Assembly (NCBI GenBank): GCA_003427395.1
Contig: BFEA01000002.1
Location: 9,727,950 to 9,791,949, forward strand
Reading direction: 5' to 3'
From: Chara braunii
Lineage: Eukaryota; Plantae; Charophyceae
DNA: 64,000 bases
Below, in pieces: positions 61,873 through 64,000 of the stretch; position 1 is the first letter of the stretch, and every line of letters begins with the position of its first letter. The translations under genes were made by a program, and so were the position numbers. The notes below the pieces were generated by a model that saw only the letters and a program-made list of their open reading frames with translations, was not told where the DNA came from and did not search any database.

Positions 61873-62809
61873 TCGCAGTAAATTGATGATGATGTATCGG
61901 CGATGAAAGCTTTGACGAGGATGATGCGAGGTAGGAAGATAATGCCCAGCGAAGATGATGACCCATTGACCCGTAATGAAGAATTATAAATGGATACACA
62001 TCAGTATGAACGACTCCGGATGATGATTCCGCGCAGTGATGATATTGATGATAATCTTGATCCTCGTGATGGATAACCTGCACAAGATAAACAATAAAAC
62101 AAAACAAAACTGAGCAGCTCCCTTGATGATGACTCCCTGATGATCTTCCTCCTAAGAATGCGGGCCAGCGCTGTGATGATCTAGACAAGCGAAGTCCAAC
62201 GCACTTCGGTCTCCATGCGGCGAACTCCACTTTCTTCCACTGACATTGGCATTGCACCAACTCGCTTGAGCATTACAGCCTCCTAAAGGGGTGTTAGCTG
62301 TGGAGTACTTCGTGTGGAAGTCACAGAGAGATTGTTCGAGCAGCCGCCACCGCCACTACTCTCCCCTCGCCACTGTGACTTAGACCAGACGCCTCGTCAG
62401 CCCGTGATGTGGCCTGGCCTAGTGCCTCTGGTTTCCGCGCGTGCATCAAGCGCTCACTCTGACCACTTCACCACTTCTGCCGTATACCACTCATGCATCT
62501 TTTGGGTGCTCATGCCACATCAGTACTCGCATCTCCCACAAGCAGCCTGCAACCCGCCGCGTGCAAGCCACCAGCGCCTCGCCACATGTGAAAAGCCAGC
62601 GCCCCGCTACTCGCAAGTGACCAGCGTCTCGCCACCCGTAGGAAGCCAGCGCCTCGTCGCCTGCTTGCAGCCAGCGCCTTGCCGTCCATCTGTGGCCAGC
62701 ACCTCGCCACTTCCATGCCGCCTTTGCCTTGCCACTCGCTTGCTGCCATAGCAGCATTGTAGCAGCGCACCAGTGCAACGCTAAGTCGCACCTCGCCCGG
62801 CTCTGTCAT

Positions 62810-63460
62810 AGGCCCTGCCCTCCTTAACCCTAATTAGGCCTGTGAGATCATCTCCAAACAGCGAGGTTATCGGTATGATGCGGGGGGGAATTTCTGGAAT
62901 CTGAATCCTTTTAATGTTAAAATCTGACGTAACGAGTGCTGCACGGGTCTCCATGACTGTGATAAAAATAAGAGGGGCAATCGGATCATCATACCACACT
63001 GATTGTTGAAGCGGGAAAGGTGGGCACATGGGGACATTGAGCATGACATTTGTGGCGGCTGTCCGGTGTACCCGTTCACAGAAAAACTCCCCAAAGTTCA
63101 TTCTTTAAGCCCATGTCTAAAAAATCCCAATCGACATCGTTGTATGCTTTCTCGAAGTTTACAAGCATCACTGCAGTGTCTACCCTCCTCTGCCTAGTAT
63201 ACCCGATGGTTTAAAAAAAAACAACGATGGTTTCATTTACCAAAAGCACGTTGCCCTGAATTTTCCTGTTTGGCATAAAGCCTGATTGATCTGGATGGAT
63301 GAGGACGTACGTGAGGGGGTCCCGCCTATTGGTAAGGGATTTTGTCACCATCTTGTACGGGAGAGGGTGTAATGTTACTGGCCGGTAATTATTTCCATCA
63401 TATTTAACCCCCTTCTTCGAGAGGAAGGTGGTGACTCCTTGTCCCATCAGGCCCCCAAAC
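62810..63460 (-). pseudogene. Old LINE RT fragment
   Basis: NYRPVTL, HPDQSGFM, DPIAPLIF, LFGDDL. Confidence 0.85.
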
Positions 63461-63649
63461 GTACTGCCTTAAACCGCCAGTACGTTTCCCAGCCAAAAAA
63501 ATAAAGGGGGAACTACGCGGCAGTCACAAAAACAGTTAAAAATTGCATTCGGAACACAATTTTTGCAGTCCAGGCAGGGCCCGCGTTTGAAATGCAGTTC
63601 AAACTCAGCCTTGCAGAAAGGTCCCACCGCAGATTTTGATGCTGCAATG

Positions 63650-63787
63650 GAGTCAGCCACTTTGCCCAGTCAGCCCCTGGGCCATTTTCCTGCAATAGAG
63701 TCAGCCACGTTGCCCAGTCAGCCCCTGGGCCATTTTCCTGCAATAGAGTCAGCCACGTTGCCCAGTCAGCCCCTGGGCCATTTTCCC
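63650..63787. repeat. 48-bp tandem repeat, 3 copies
   Basis: GAGTCAGCCAC(T/G)TTGCCCAGTCAGCCCCTGGGCCATTTTCCTGCAATA. Confidence 0.92.
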
Positions 63788-63940
63788 GGTGGAACAGGCG
63801 CAATGTGGCCCCATAGACCTGTACAGGCCCACAGTTAGGAGACTCTCTAATGCAATGGCCCACCGGTACCAGGCTTGTGTCCACGAACGGGCAGCCATGG
63901 CCCATCAGCCCACTGACCAAATGCATGTGACTTCCTCCCA

Positions 63941-64000
<60 letters not shown>

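Noticed and set aside
61610-62260. 216-aa ORF with apparent TM segments
   Set aside because: Derived from GAT-rich low-complexity sequence and an (AT)n microsatellite; no recognisable domain.

Overview
A repeat-saturated eukaryotic window with six large N-gaps and no intact host gene. Telo-boxes, a plant-type U6 fragment and the TE mix point to the green lineage; a charophyte alga such as Chara is an inference. Main contents: (1) a decayed Ty3/Gypsy LTR retrotransposon on the minus strand (1-8454) with its 5' LTR and tRNA-iMet PBS, inserted into a GIY-YIG ORF that is probably Penelope-like; (2) a complete 1.2-kb non-autonomous TRIM-like element (31934-33158) carrying the same LTR family; (3) two long L1/Tx1-like LINEs (about 40.3-48.7 kb and 52.7-60.4 kb) plus several fragments; (4) MITEs and TIR elements, tRNA-derived SINEs, a U6-derived fragment and tandem repeats. 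The most striking signal is a ~55-130 nt 3'-terminal module present in about 16 or more copies. It folds into three hairpins with compensatory base changes, ends three diverged LINEs, and also occurs as many free poly(A)-tailed copies. Also notable are a second ~320-nt poly(A)-tailed family with self-complementary ends, and two elements lacking gag-pol that share a leader motif with the Gypsy and each carry a decayed orphan ORF and a highly structured end.
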